Made by a program: the position numbers and the translations under genes
Source of the DNA: the human T2T-CHM13v2.0 reference genome, Homo sapiens
Assembly (NCBI RefSeq): GCF_009914755.1
Contig: NC_060931.1
Reading direction: 5' to 3' (one strand)
DNA length: 64,000 nt
Shown here: piece by piece, positions 1 through 19,249 of the stretch
How positions within the stretch are numbered: position 1 is the stretch's first letter
Layout: every line of letters begins with the position of its first letter
Notes under the pieces: generated by a model
Databases searched by the model: none
Seen by the model: the letters and a program-made list of their open reading frames with translations, nothing else
Told to the model about the DNA's origin: nothing

Positions 1-399
<399 letters not shown>

Positions 400-2138
400 T
401 GATTATTATAGATTTATATCAAGTCTCGAAGTCAGGCAGCTTAAGTCTTCCAAGTTTGTTCTTTTTCAGAACTGTTTTGGCTATTCTAGGTACTCTGCAC
501 TTGGTTATAAATTTTAGAATCAGCTTGCCAATTCCTATACAAAATGCTGACTGGAATCACATTCAATCTATAGACCAATTTGAGGAGAATTTACATCTTA
601 ATAATATTGAGTCTTCCAATCTATGAACATGGTATATTTCTCCATTTTTTTAGGTTGTCTGTAAGTTTTCTCAGCAAATATTTAGAGTTTTCAGCATACA
701 GGTCTTGGACATATTTTATTTAATAATTATTTCATGTTTTTGGGTGTTATTGTAACTAATCATTTTAAATTTTATTTTTCAATTGTTCATTGCTAGAATA
801 TAAAAATGCAATTGGTTTTTGTATATGGACCTTATATCCTATGACTTTACTAAATATGCTTATGAATTCTATTAACTTTTTCATCATTTGTTAGAATTTT
901 CTCTGTACTCAATCATGTTGACTAAAAATACATTTTTAGTTATTCCTTTTCAATCTATTTGCCTTTTAATTCTTTTCCATATCTTATTGCATTTGCTAGG
1001 ACCTACTTAATGCTATAGAGGAACAGTGAGAACAAACAAGTTCAGTCATTCACCACTAAGTATGATATTATTTGTAGAGTTTTTTACAGATACCATTTAT
1101 CATGTTGAGGAAGTTTCCTTCTTTTCCTACTTTGCTGATAGTTTTATTTGTTTTTTCATTTGTTTTTAATGATGAATCAGTGTTGAATTTTGTCAGCTGC
1201 TTTTTCTGCATCTATTAAGATGATGAAATGCTTTTTATCCTCTATCCTGTAAATACGATAAAATACATTAATTGATTTTCAAATGTTTAACTGCATTTGG
1301 GGGATAAATCTCAATTTGGTTATGATGAATTATCTTTTTTATATATTTCTAGGTTGAATGTGCTAATATTTTGCAAAACATTTTTGTGCCTATTTTTATG
1401 AGAGATATTGGCATATAGATTGATACATAGTATTCTTTTCTGGTTTTGGTGTATAGGTGATACTGACTTCATAATATAAGCTGGTAAGTGTACCCATCTC
1501 TTCTATTTTCTGAGTATTTGTAGGACTGGTATTTTTCCTTCCTTAAATATTTGATAGAGTTTGCTAATGACTTCATCAACCTGGAATGCAGTTTTGATTG
1601 TGAAAATATCTTAAAGTATGAATAAATTTCTTAATTGACATATGGTTATTCAGGTTTTTCATTTGTCCTTAAGTCAATTTTGATAAATTGTGTCTTTCAA
1701 GGAAATTGTCCATTTCATGTAAGTTGGTGAATTTATTGGAAAAAATAATTTATAGTATTTCTTTATTATCCTTTATTATTCATAGCATCTGTAGCAGTGT
1801 CTCCTCCTCTGCACTTCTCTAGGAAATTTGTGTCTTTTTCTTTTTAAGGATTAGTCCAGTAGAGATTTATTGATTCCTCTGATCTTTTTGAAGAACCAGT
1901 TTTCAGTTTCACTGATTTTCTCTATTGTTTAAACTTTCTTTTATTTACTTTGAGTTTAATTTGCTCTTCTTTTTCTAGCTTCTTAGAACTTAGATCATTG
2001 ATTTTAGATTCTTTGTCTTTTCAAAGTATATGTAGGAATAAACCTTTACCTTTAAAAATAAACTTTATATAAGTATATAAAGATATAAATTCCCCTCTAA
2101 GCACTGCTTTAGCATCATCCTCCAAATTTGATATGTTA

Positions 2139-2655
2139 TGTATTAGTTTCTTCTGGCTGCTATAACAAATTACCACAAACTTGGTGGCTTAGCTCAAAAC
2201 AACACAAACATTTCCTCACAGTTCTGGAGGCCAGATGTCTGAAATCAGTATTACTGGGATGGACTCAAGGTATTGACAGGATCTGGCACCATCCAGAGGC
2301 TCTCAGGGAGAATCTGTTCCTTGCTTCTGTCAGCATTTGGTGGCTGCTAGCATTCCTTGGCTTGTAGCCACATCACTGCAATCTTCTAGGCCAGCATCTT
2401 CCAATCTCTCTTTCTGTTCTGTCTTCACATAGCTTTCAAAACTCTCTGTGATCAAATCTTCCTGTGCCTCCCTCATAAGGATACATATGATTGCATTTAG
2501 GGACCGCCATGCTAATCTAGGATAATCTTCCCATCTCAAGATCCTTAACCTAATCATATCCATAAAGTCCTTTTTATTGCCATATAAGATAATATCACAA
2601 ATTTCAGGAATTAGGATGTAGATATCTTTTAGGAAGCCATTTTCCTCATACCACA
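2139..2655 (-). mobile_element. MLT1 (MaLR) solo LTR
   Basis: tgtattagttt...gctgctataacaaattaccacaaact...cacagttctggaggc. Confidence 0.85.
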
Positions 2656-3287
2656 TGTTGTATTTGCATTTTCATTCATTTTATTTCACTTCATTTTCAT
2701 ATTTTCTAAGTTCTCATATTTCTTTTCCCCATGGGTATTTTTGTTTTATGGCCTAGCTATGGACCATCTTGGTGAATTTTCCATGTGTGTGTTAAAAACC
2801 TGTGTATTCTGCTGTTGTTGAGGGTACTGTTTTATAAAAATCAATTAGATCAAGTTGGTTGATAGCATTGTTCAAGTCTTCTATTACGTATAGATTTTTT
2901 TTTCCATATTTGTTCTATCAGTTACTAAGAGAGGATTGCTGTAGCCTTGAACTGTATTTGTGGATCTTTCTATTTCTTTTAGTTCTGTCAATTTTTGCAT
3001 CTTGTATTTTGAGGATCTGTTAGGAGGTACATACATACTTAGGATTGCTATGAATTATTTTAAAATGTCTCTTTTTTCTCTCTGGTAATATTTATTGTCC
3101 TGAAGTCTACTTAGTCTAATACTAACAAAGTCACCCTCCTGATTAGCGGTTGCATAGTACATTTTTTCATCGTTTTACTTTTAAACTGTGTTTGTCTTTA
3201 TAGTGGGATTTTGTAGATACAATATAATTGGATCTTGCTTTTCATTCAATATGACATTTTTTTACTTTTTTAATTGAAGTGTTTTAA

Positions 3288-3465
3288 TCAGTGTTTCTCA
3301 AATAGGGGCAATTTTGGACCCAGGGGACATTTGGCAATGTCTGGAGACATTTTTGGTTGTCACAATGGCAGAGGTTGAGGAAGTCTCTACTAGCATCTAG
3401 TTTATAAAGACCAGGAATGCTGTTGAACATTCTACAGTGGAAAGGATAGCCTCCTACAAGCAATA
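3288..3465. mobile_element. MER20 (hAT) DNA transposon
   Basis: cagtgtttctcaa...ggggacatttggcaatgtctggagacattttt. Confidence 0.85.
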
Positions 3466-3760
3466 ATTTTTTATTTTTGAGACTGGATCTCATTCTGTTT
3501 CCCAGGTGGAGTACAGCGGCACCTTCATGGTTCACTGCAGCCTGGGTCTCCCAGGTTCAAGTGATCCTCCCACCTCACCCTTCCTAGTAGCTGGGACTAC
3601 AGGCATGTGCCACCATGCCTGGCTAATTTTTCTATTTTTTGTAGAAACAGGGTTTGCCATGTTGTCCAGGCTGGTCTCAAACTCGTGTGCTCAAACAATC
3701 CACCCACCTCAGGCTTCCAAAGTGCTGGGATTACAGGTGTGAAGCACTGTGCACAGCCCC
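3466..3760 (-). mobile_element. AluJ
   Basis: diverged Alu consensus. Confidence 0.9.
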
Positions 3761-4926
3761 TACCACATTTTCTTGATCCATTAATCTGTTGATAGACACT
3801 TAAGCTGATTCTACATCTTGGCTATTGTGAACAGTGCTGCCATAAACTTGGGGGTGCAGATATCTCTTTGAGACACTGATTTAATCCTTTGGATATACAT
3901 CCAGTAGTGAGATTGCTGGATCATATGGTGACTCTTTTTTAGTTTTTTTGAGAAACCCCCATACTTTTCTCCATAATGGCTGTACTAATTTACATTCCCA
4001 TCAACAGTATAGAAGAGTTCCCTTTTCTCTGCATTTCTGCCTGTATTTGTTATTTTTTGTCTTTTTGATACCAGCCATTCTAACTGGGGTGAGATGATAC
4101 CTCATTGTGATTTTGATTTGCATTTCCCTGATGATTAGAGAGGTTGAGCATATTTACATATACTTATTGGCCATTTGTATGTCTTCTTTTTAAAAATATC
4201 TATTCAGGTTATTTGCTCATTTTTAAATTGGATTATTTGTTTTTTGCTGTTGAGATATTTGAATTCCTTGTATATTCTGAATATTAATCCCTTGTCAGAT
4301 GAATAGTTTGGAAATATTTTCTCCCATTCTGTGGGTTGTCTCCTCACCTCACTGATTCACTTCCAATTTTGAAAGGTATTTTTGCTGAGTATGTAGTTTT
4401 TGGTTGAGAACTTTTTTCTTTCAACACTTAAAGGAACCATTCAATTTTCATAAGACATTGCCATAAGGCTTGCATAATTTCTGAAGAAAAGTTTGTGTTT
4501 GATTACCTTTCTTCCCCTGCTTATATCTTTTTTCCTATGGCTACTTTTAAGATTTTTCTCTTTATCTCAGGCTTTGAGGAATATGATTATGACGTATCTT
4601 GGTATGTTCTGTGTTTATCCCACCTAGGCTTTATTGAGTTTCTCGGATCTGTAGGTTTATCATTCCTCTTAAATTTTGGGCCATTATTTCTTCAAATATT
4701 TTATCCAGTGCATCCTTCCCCTCACAGATTCAAGAACTCTGATTACCCGTATGTTAGGCCACTTGATATTGTTCCATACATCACTGAGGTTCTTGTTCTT
4801 CTGCTTTTAGTCTCTGCTCTCTGTGCTTTATTTTGAATAATTTTGCTTGGTATTTGTTCAAATTTAGTTATCTTTTCTCCTGTAGCCTCTAATCTGCTAT
4901 CATCTGTGAAATTTTTATAGCAGTAA

Positions 4927-5262
<336 letters not shown>

Positions 5263-5519
5263 CCAGTTTGGTTCTTTTTATATTACCCATTCCTTTCATA
5301 TGTATTTTTCTTTAAATCCCTGATCATATTTATAATATTTTAATAGCTATTTTAAAGACCATGTATGCTAATTTCATAATTTCTGTCAATTTTTAGTCTG
5401 TTGTTGATGATTGATTGATCTCCTGTTTCTGTGCCAGTCTTCCAATTCAGATGCCAGGCTTTGTGAATTTTATGTTGTTGAGTGATGAATTTATTTTTTG
5501 TATTGCTTTAAAGAGTGTT

Positions 5520-6709
5520 GGTGTTGGGCCTTTTTCCAGTGCTCAACACGATGTGGAAGCTGCCAAAGCCAGGGCTTCCACCCTCTGAAGCCACAGCCCG
5601 AGCTCTACATTGGCCCCTTTCAGCCACGGCTGCAGTGGCTGGGACACAGGGTACCAAGTCCCTAGGCTACACGCAACACGGGGACCCTGGGCCCAGCCCA
5701 CGAAACCACTTTTTCCTCCTGGGCCTCCTGGCCTGGGATGGGAGGGGCTGCCGTGAAGGTCTCTGTCATGACCAGGAGACATTTTCCCCATGGTCTTGGG
5801 GATTAACATTAGGCTCCTTGCTACTTATGCAAATTTCTGCAGCAGGCTTGAATTTCTCCTCAGAAAATGGATTTCTACTGCATTGTCAGGTTGCAAATTT
5901 TCTGAACTTTTATGCTGTTTCCCTTTTAAAACAGAATGCTTTTAACAGCACCCAAGTCACATTTTGACTGCTTTGCTGCTTAGAAATTTCTTCTGCCAGA
6001 TACCCTAAATCATCTCTCTCAAGTTCAAAGTTCCATAGATCTCTAGGGCAGGGGCAAAATGCTGCCAGTCTCTTTGCTAAAACATAACAAGAGTCACCTT
6101 TGCTCCAGTTCCCAACAAGTTCCTCATCTCCATGTGAGACCACCTCAGCCTGGACCTTATTGTTCATATCACTATCAGTATTTTGTCAAAGCCATTCAAC
6201 AAGTCTCTAGGAAGTTCCAAACTTTCCCACATTTTCCTGTCTTCTTCTGAGTCCTCCAAACTGTTCCAACCTCTGCTTGTTACCCAGTTCCAAAGTTACT
6301 TCCACATTTTCAGGTATCTTTTCAGCAATGCCCCACTCTACAGGTACCAATTTACTTTATTAGTTCGTTTTCATGCTGCTGATAAAGACATGCCTGAAAC
6401 CGGGAAGAAAAAGAGGTTTAATTGGACTTACAGTTCACATGGCTGGGGAGGCCACAGAATCATGGCGGGAAGTGAAAGGCACTTGTTACCTGGTAGTGGC
6501 AAGAGAAGAATGAGGAAGAAGCAAAAGCAGAAACCTCCAATAAACCCGTCAGATCTCATGAAGCTTATTCACTATAATGACAATAGCAAGGGAAAGACCG
6601 GCCCCCATGATTCAATTACCTCTCCCTGGGTCCCTCCCACAACAGGTGGGAATTCTGGGAGATACAGTTCAAGTTGAGATTTGAGTGGAAACATAGCCAA
6701 ACCATATCA
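5520..6709 (-). mobile_element. THE1 (MaLR) LTR (about 6358-6709) plus truncated internal sequence (about 5520-6357)
   Basis: gctgctgataaagacat...aaaccatatca LTR; ccctctgaagccacagcccgagct internal. Confidence 0.9.
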
Positions 6710-7105
6710 CTGTCCCTTCTCTTTGCCTCCAAGCAGAAAGCTGGGTGGTTGTCTCATTTGTTTCCTTTCTCTTGCGGATCACAAGAGAAAGGAAACAAAT
6801 GCTCTGCCTGTCATCCAATGTCTGACAACAATTGTTTCATGCATTTTGCTCAGTTTTCTAGTTGTTCACAATAGAACAGCAAGTCCCATAGCAGTTTTTC
6901 CTTCATAGGCAGATGTGAAAGCCTAGGAGCACAAATCTTATTGCCTCTAAGGAACCAAATGTCCTGGTGTAGACTCAACTAGACCCATTATTTAGGAAAT
7001 ACAAATGTACAGTCTATTTATAGAACCTCTTCAACATACCAGTAAGAAATATTTATCTGACACATGTACCAAAAATTGCACTCTTGCTACAAGAATGAAA
7101 AAGGG

Positions 7106-7426
7106 GGCTGGGCGCAGTGGCTCACGCCTGTAATCCCAGCACTTTGGGAGGCTGAGGTGGGCGGATCACGACGTCAGGAGTTCAAGACCAGCCTGGCCAA
7201 CATGGTGAAACCCCATCTCTAGTGAAACCCCATCTCTACTAAAAATACAAAAATTAGCCAGGCGTGGTGGCACGTGCCTGTAATCCCAGCTACTTGAGAG
7301 GCTGAGGCAGGAGAATCACTTCAACCCAGGAGGCAGAGGTTTCAGTGAGCCGAGACCACGCCACTGCACTCCAGCCTGGCAACAGAGCATGACTCCATCT
7401 CAAAAAGAAAAAAAAAAAAAAAAAAA
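7106..7426 (+). mobile_element. AluS with internal 17-bp tandem duplication (7205-7238)
   Basis: GTGAAACCCCATCTCTA x2. Confidence 0.95.
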
Positions 7427-8929
7427 GGAATATCATAGCCTCTCCTCTCAAGATGTCAGAGACAAGCAAGGAAATTAAGTATAGAGGTAACATAATTAGA
7501 CGTTAATTATATGTTGCTGTCAGGGTAACACAAAGGTTATGCAAAAATAAATACACGGATCTGACATATTAGGAAATGTAAGCAAGTTTAAAAGATGGCC
7601 ATCTCTCTCAAAACTTCCTTTTATTAAAAATATTTTCTTAAATAGCCATAAATGAGGGTTACTCAAACCTAGACCATTAAAAAAATTATATATGACAATT
7701 TTGCCTTGTCTTCCAACCAGTGTTATTGATTGACTGAAGAACACTATGCATAGATTTTGAGGAGCTTAAAGTGCCGTAGGTGTAATTGCGAAATGCCTTT
7801 AACACATTGCATATAGAGGTATTTTCCACTTAGTACTTCTTTCAGTGTATAATAATGGGAGGAGGAAAAAAGACCTGTCACTGGGCAAACCTCATGGGAA
7901 TGGACTACAGACAGTGCTGTGTGAATTAGGCACTTATGTATGGGTAAGAAAGCCTGCATAATTGCTTTATGTATAATGTTATGAGAACCAAACAAAGAAG
8001 CTGACAGAGAAGCCAGGGGAAAATGAGAAAGAAAAGCACTAGTCAAGATTAGTCAGCCACCTGCCTTAATCCTGTGACAACTGTGTTTAGGAGGTTAGTT
8101 TTCTGAATTTGGTTACCATAGTAATAGACCTTTAGAATGTCCTTAAATCAATTTACAGAATTACTATTCATATTAAGCAACACAAATAGATTTTAGGTTG
8201 TTAAAATCTATTTTTAAATTATTTTTAGAAATGAAATGATCCATCAAGCCCTTTAGATATATAGACAGCCATAAATTGTATTTTGGCAAAGGGAAGTTGT
8301 AAGATCGTATTCATTATTATTGGGTGACGGGTTTATAAGTTCAATAATTCAAATATGTCATCTTAATGAATGACTCCTAATAAATTTTAAATAAGATAGA
8401 GTTCATGAATGTTCTAGACCTAGCTTTAAAACCAAATATGTATGCTTCACACGCATTCCTACACCTCTAGGAGTCATCTGTGGGTTTAGCCAATTATATG
8501 GATAATTTAAAGGGGAATTGCTGAGACCTGGTCTAGTGATCATCCAAGAGCTGCCTAGAGGATTCTACGGTCAGACTTGGGAATTTCAACCGAACTCTTC
8601 CTTTTTTTTTTTTTTTTTCTAGTTTACATGTGTGGAAAACATCCACTTCATTTTATGCAGTTTTTAAATTGGGCTTTTTAATATTCTAGTGACATCTGAA
8701 GCTACTTTTTAACAGATGAAGGCTTAGCCAGAATTGTAAAAGTTGGTTCTCTTATATCTGCAATTTTAAGACCACTGCTCACTTAAGATATTAATAATAT
8801 AAAACTTTAAACAAAAGTTGCAATTTTCTAATTCTTCAGAGAACTAAACAAAGTCTGCTTAAATTGCTGTAGATTGGCGTTCAGTTAAAGGAAGACTTCA
8901 TTCATGCTATGAGTGATTAAAGGATTCCT

Positions 8930-9182
8930 GGCCAGGTATGGTAGCTCACAACTGTTAGCACTTTGGAAAGCAAGGTGGGAGGAGCTTTTGAGGTCAGGAA
9001 TTTGAGACCAGCATGGGTAACATAGCGAGACCCGCGTCTCTACAAAAAATTTTAAAAGTAGCCGGGCGTGGTGGTGTGTGCCTGCAGATTATTTGAGCCC
9101 AGAAGTTGGAATGGGGCTGTAATTGCACTATTGCACTCCAGCCTGGGAGACAGAGTTTATTAGTTTCAAACAAAACAAAAAA
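8930..9182 (+). mobile_element. AluJ (degenerate)
   Basis: Alu consensus with deletions. Confidence 0.85.
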
Positions 9183-9652
9183 CCCCAGTGATTCCATGTA
9201 TGAAATTTCTCTGACTCTAGAGAAAGAATATTTTGTTTGAGGCATCCTTGTATTTTCCATGAACCACAGAAAAACTAGTATTAGTTTATTTCATGTCAGA
9301 TGAATCGCCTGACTTTCAGAGAATTGGGAATAATCTAGATACATGAAAATATTTTAGTGTTTAAATTCCTGATTATTTTTCACTTTCCTTTTCATTGACT
9401 TTCTACCCTTAATCATAAACCTAACCCTGGATTTTTACTATTATTATTATATCCCTTGTACCGCTGGTTCTAGATCCTGTAGAGCTGCAATCAGTGTCTT
9501 GTTCACCTTTGAATTTCAAAAAGCACCTATCATATTAAAATAAAAATTAAAGGTGGAAACTATCTTACCATCAAATGAATTTATCAGATAATCTCCCTTT
9601 TAGCTTTACTCTGCATACAAAGAAAGGACTGAGCTTTAAGAAGTACTAGACA

Positions 9653-9998
<346 letters not shown>

Positions 9999-11820
9999 TT
10001 AGGGCTGGGGGAGTTAGGGAAGGTGAGGAATAACTGCTAATGGGCATGGGCATGTCTTTTTGAGGTGATGAAATGTTCTAACAGTAACTGTGTTGATGGT
10101 TGCACAACTCTGAATATACCAAAATTTATTGAACTGTAAAAAAAACATTGTAGTACATATTAATTTTATAAAAAATAAAATAACCTCACCCCCTAAAAAA
10201 GAAATATTAGATAACAGTTGAACACTCACTAGCTGAGGAAAACAGGTAAGAGGTAACAGTTTTGAAGATATTATTGCCATAGCAATAAAGCGTTAGGAAA
10301 AAAATCCAAGGAGCAGAGTTGATTTACTGCACAGTCTTAATGTAAGAGTTAATTAACGTTAGTAGGCTGCTTAGTTTTCTTTAAAATTTATGATACAAAA
10401 CCGAAAACCTTGACTATTACCATATGTGGCAAGGAAAGTACATGACATTTTGTGAAAGATAATATCTTATAAAATTTAGCCAAAATAATATAAGGAAAAA
10501 CTTAAGTGAATATTCTCAAGGAACTATTGATATAAAGACACCAGGAGAGAACAATTATAATCTGGGGAAATTTGACAATTCCAAATGGGAATTTCATTGC
10601 AAGACCTTTTTTAAATTTTTCCCTATTTTCCTATAAGTACAATGCTGTCTCTTATTTAAAGGCAAATCACCTTGTATTTGTACTACTATTCCTTTTGGTT
10701 AGTCTACCTAAGTCTAATTAAATTTAACTACTAAAGAACCACTTTAAAAATCTGGAATGTCTTAATATATTTTGCAAAAAAATAGCTATATAACAATTTC
10801 AGCAGATATGACCGTAATAGAAGAGAATCACCAATATGTGGTTGAATGTTATAATATCCTAGTCTCTTCACGAGAGGTAAAAATTAGATTTAGTTATATT
10901 AACATAAAATACATTCTGGCAGAATAAGTCCAACAAATGAATGAGAAAAATGCTACATGAAATTGGAACTAAGCCCCAGTGGGTCTCCCTATCCTTATTT
11001 CATTCTTTATAATAATGAAAACTGTTTCTCAATACCTCAATTTACTTTGTGCATGGAATTGTTTTTACTACAATTGTTTGCTGGAGAGGAAATTATCTTT
11101 ATGCTACTGCAGTGTGGAATTTTGAATTAATTAAAAACTTATAAATTCCCAGAAATGCCCAAGTGGGATATAATTTAACTGTTACTAGAGACCAAGGGGA
11201 TCCACTTTACTCTGGATTTTTAGAGTAAAATCTCAGCAAATATCTCATGTCATTTGTTTTTAGATGATCATAAAACAAAATTGACGTTAGTCTAGCTCAC
11301 AGGCACTTAGACTGGTTTTATAGATTATGGGCTGACATACTCACTACAGCCATCCATTTTATAACAAAGGCTTCATTAGCACTTCAGGAGCACAGAGGAC
11401 TGGGAAACAAAGGAATCCACAGTGTGCTACATGTTGCAGATCTCCCGGAGTCTTCCAACTGTTTTTATCCTTTTCCTTAAGTATGTCAAAATGAGCTACT
11501 TCATTCCCACGTTGAAGGGAGGAAAAGATTATACTTAGTTTTAAATGGAGAACTGCTAGGAAATTTTACTTAAATTATGAGTGAAACACAGAAACGTGGG
11601 CAAAGTACAGAATGACAGACACCAAATGCACAAAAAGAAATTTAACTGCATGGCAAAGACAAGTTTTCACAGAGGGGTACCATGTACTACAGAGAGCATT
11701 TCAATTACTATCTTTGGTACAAAATTACACAGTGTATATACACAGTATCTACTATATACATGACATACACACACCATATGTACATACACACATATATATA
11801 CATATATATTTAGGATAGTC

Positions 11821-12129
<309 letters not shown>

Positions 12130-12330
12130 AGAAGAGTCATTTTTTTTTTTTCTCCTAAATCTGCTTGAACATTCTTCTACAGGGGTGTGTTGCAGATAAT
12201 TCTGAAAAAAATATATATAGAAGAGTAATTTTAGGGAAGTTCAGTGCTCTTTTCCTTTTTCTGGTAGGGAAGATGTTCACAAAAATGTATTTATTGACCA
12301 TTAACTTTTTGCTGTAAGAATTCAGTCATA

Positions 12331-13210
<880 letters not shown>

Positions 13211-13404
13211 ATAAAAAATTCTAACCCTGGGGAGGATGGTATCTCTACACAACTTATCTTTTGGCCTATATACTCATTTTGAGGCACAATTAGTTGCCCC
13301 AATGCACAATGCTTTCTGGAATACATAAAAGAATGTTCATAGAAAATACAAATATAGGAGACTGTATTTACAAGGGCAGGGAAGTAGTGAAGTTATCTGT
13401 CCCT

Positions 13405-13920
<516 letters not shown>

Positions 13921-14140
13921 TTACTTCAGGACGGAGCCCTGACAGCAATGTTTGCTACGGCCTCCCTCTGCAGTCAGCCTAAAGCAAGGAGCTGGAGGTA
14001 GATGAGGCAAAGGTAAAGGAGACCAAAACAGTATTTTAAAGAAAAAATCATTTATCTTCAAATAGGCTCCAAACCTAAGGTAAGAATGTATTGATTTCAT
14101 TGTACTAAAGGGAATACACAAACCTACTAAAAAGAATGCT

Positions 14141-14662
14141 GGCCAGGCACGGTGGCTCATGCCTGTAATCCCAGCACTGTGGGAGGCCGAGGTGGGGAGA
14201 TCATCTGAGTTCAGGAGTTCGAGACCAGCCTGACCAACATGGTGAAACCCAATCTCTACTAAAAATACAAAAATTAGCTGAGTGTGGTGGCATGTGTCTG
14301 TAGTCCCAGTTACTCAGGAGGCTGAGGCGGGAAGATCACTTGAACCTGGGAGGTGGAGGTTGCAGTGAGCTGAGATTTAAAAAAAAAAAAAAAGCCGGCC
14401 AGGTGCGGTGGCTCATGCCTGTAATCCCAGCACTTTGGGAGGCCAAGGCAGGCCGATCACGAGGTCAGGAGATCAAGACCATCCTGGCTAACACGGTGAA
14501 ACCCGTCTCTACTAAAAATACAAAAAAATTAGCCGGGCGTGGTGGCAGGCGCCTGTAGCCCCAGGCTGAGGCAGGAGAATGGCATGAACCCAGGAGGCAG
14601 AGCTTGCAGTGAGCCAAGATCCTGGGCGACAGAGCGAGAATCCGTCTCCAAAAAAAAAAAAA
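14141..14662 (+). mobile_element. compound AluS (3'-truncated) + AluY
   Basis: two tandem Alus flanked by a single aaaagaatgct repeat. Confidence 0.9.
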
Positions 14663-14929
14663 GAATGCTAAGGATGCTAAGACACAGAAGTACTAGAAAT
14701 ACTATAATAGTAATGCATAGTAATGCTTTTAAATGGGCATATGTGTTTATAATCATTTTGACATCTTAGATTTCAATTTAAGGTAAAATGGGCAAGAAAC
14801 AAAAAACAAAAATTCTTATGTCCAAGTGCTCTGCATCTCTGGAAAAGAAGTTCTTTTTTATTTTCCCAGGGTTATTATTATAATGCTAATTTACTTTTTT
14901 AGTTTTTTGTTTCTCCCTGCATCCGATAG

Positions 14930-15280
<351 letters not shown>

Positions 15281-15409
15281 TAACATGCCACCAAATTCCT
15301 TTTTCTCCTCTTGCAATTTCCAAACACTGAGAAATCACCCATATATACACAGTTCAATGGGGAGAGATAGCATGCTGACCTCTATGTAGCATTAGAAATA
15401 TAAGCAATA

Positions 15410-15729
15410 GGCCGGGCGTGGTCCCTCACGCCTGTAATCCCAGCCCTTTGGGAGGCTGAGGCAGGCGGATTACCTGAGGTCAGGAGTTCGAGACCAGCCT
15501 GACCAACATGGAGAAACCCTGTCTCTACTAAAAAAAAAAAAAAAAAAAAAATTAGCTGGGCGTGGTGGCGCATGCCTGTAATCCCAGCTACTGGGGAGGC
15601 TGAAGCAGGAGAATCGCTTGAACCTGGGAGGCGGAGGTTGTGGTCAACCAAGATCGCGCCACTGGACTCCAGCCTGGCAACAAGAGCGAAACTGTGTCTC
15701 AACAACAACAAAAGAAAAAAAATAGAAAA
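15410..15729 (+). mobile_element. AluSp-like with TSD agaaatataagcaata
   Basis: ctgaccaacatggagaaacc diagnostic. Confidence 0.95.
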
Positions 15730-16384
15730 GAAATATAAGCAATATCCCACACATCATTAATAAAATAAAAACTACAAATTCATTTCCATAAGGAAAGATC
15801 CAAATGGCTAGATTCTTCATCTGAATCAGAAATCATTGTTTCTCGTTATTTTCATGGCAACCCCGCATTTCGTTTAATCAGAGGGTATTTTATAGCACTG
15901 ATTTACGCAGTAGGCATAAATCAGTGTGTCCACCTGCTACACACGATAAAACCCTAAACCAAAACAACAGTGATAATAACCATCACCCTCCCTCCTCCCC
16001 CTCGAAAAACCAAAAACACTTTCTTCAGTGCTAAGAATTAACTATTAACTATCATGCTAAAGGTCAAGACTTAATGCATATTTCAAAAGAATTTAAATCA
16101 AACCACAGCTTTTCTTACAAATATACCTATACAGAGCAGATAATCAGAGGCACAAAGTGTCACTGTACCCCTCTCCTTCCACTACCTGTCCATCTTCCTC
16201 ACTTTTGGTATAAAATTTAGAATAACAGGTAAGAAAATCAGTACAACTGCTGAGGAAATTGGTGTTGAAGAATTTTTCACAAAATCAGTTATCTCCCAAA
16301 TAAACTTTATTTTGAAAAGAATATCACAATATAGTCATGTAAATTTAAATATGGCACACTGAGCAGTATTGACGCAAATTATAT

Positions 16385-17849
<1,465 letters not shown>

Positions 17850-18787
17850 TACATGTGAAGTCACAGTTCATGTCTGATTATTCCCACTAATAGAAGAGTA
17901 CAAAGGTACAGTGAAACCAAAAAAAAGAGCAGATAACTTAAAAACCATAACTTGTGCATATGTTTTCATTTTATACTTGTGTCCAAATGTTTAGATGAGA
18001 ACTGATACAAATTCACAGGTTTTTAAAAATGCTGCCTGAATAATCAAAACTCTTTTTACTTTTCTTGCCCTACTATAGATAGCATCAGTAATGTTTATAC
18101 AGAGTAGCACCATCGGACAAACTACTTTCCCTTCTCCCATCATAGAGTATAAGGCTGTCTGTATTATGGCTTAAAACATTAGCAATGACTTAATAGTTTT
18201 CAACATACAGCTGATTTTGTTGGAGAAAGGTGTTACAGTATAGTCTTGTTAAGAACTTTATGTTTTACTGAGGAAAATGTCAACATATAATCAGTGAAAG
18301 TGGTCTACATATGATGTAATAATTGTTCATAATTCTTTTTAAACAACAAATGGGGGTAAATATGAATGAAAGAAGTAAAACACATCTGGAACCTCGCGTT
18401 GTTCAGGGTTTTTGAGGCAATTCAGAGCTAACTGCAAGATTATGCTATGAAACTGAAGCCATTTCTATATCATAGTGAGAATTCTAATGTACCAGAAACA
18501 GGCAGAAAGCCATCTTCAGAGAATGAAGACTCAAAGATAAACAACGGCACAGCAAACTGAAGAGAGAATTAGACCCCAGGGAAATTTTCACTTTTCATTA
18601 GTAGAGGGCAGTAGAAGACACTGAACTTGGGGACTGAATACTGGTTCTGCAGGTTAGTGCTGACCCTGGGCATAACAGTCAATCTTTTTGAATGACAATT
18701 TCCTCGTCTATAAATTAGGTACAGTGAGATCCACCAGCTTGTTTTATGACTCAGAGCCATGAAAAGCGAAGATAATAATGCACTTAA

Positions 18788-19249
<462 letters not shown>

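Noticed and set aside
5515-6677. 150- and 164-aa ORFs
   Set aside because: They lie in THE1 internal/LTR sequence; decayed retroelement frames
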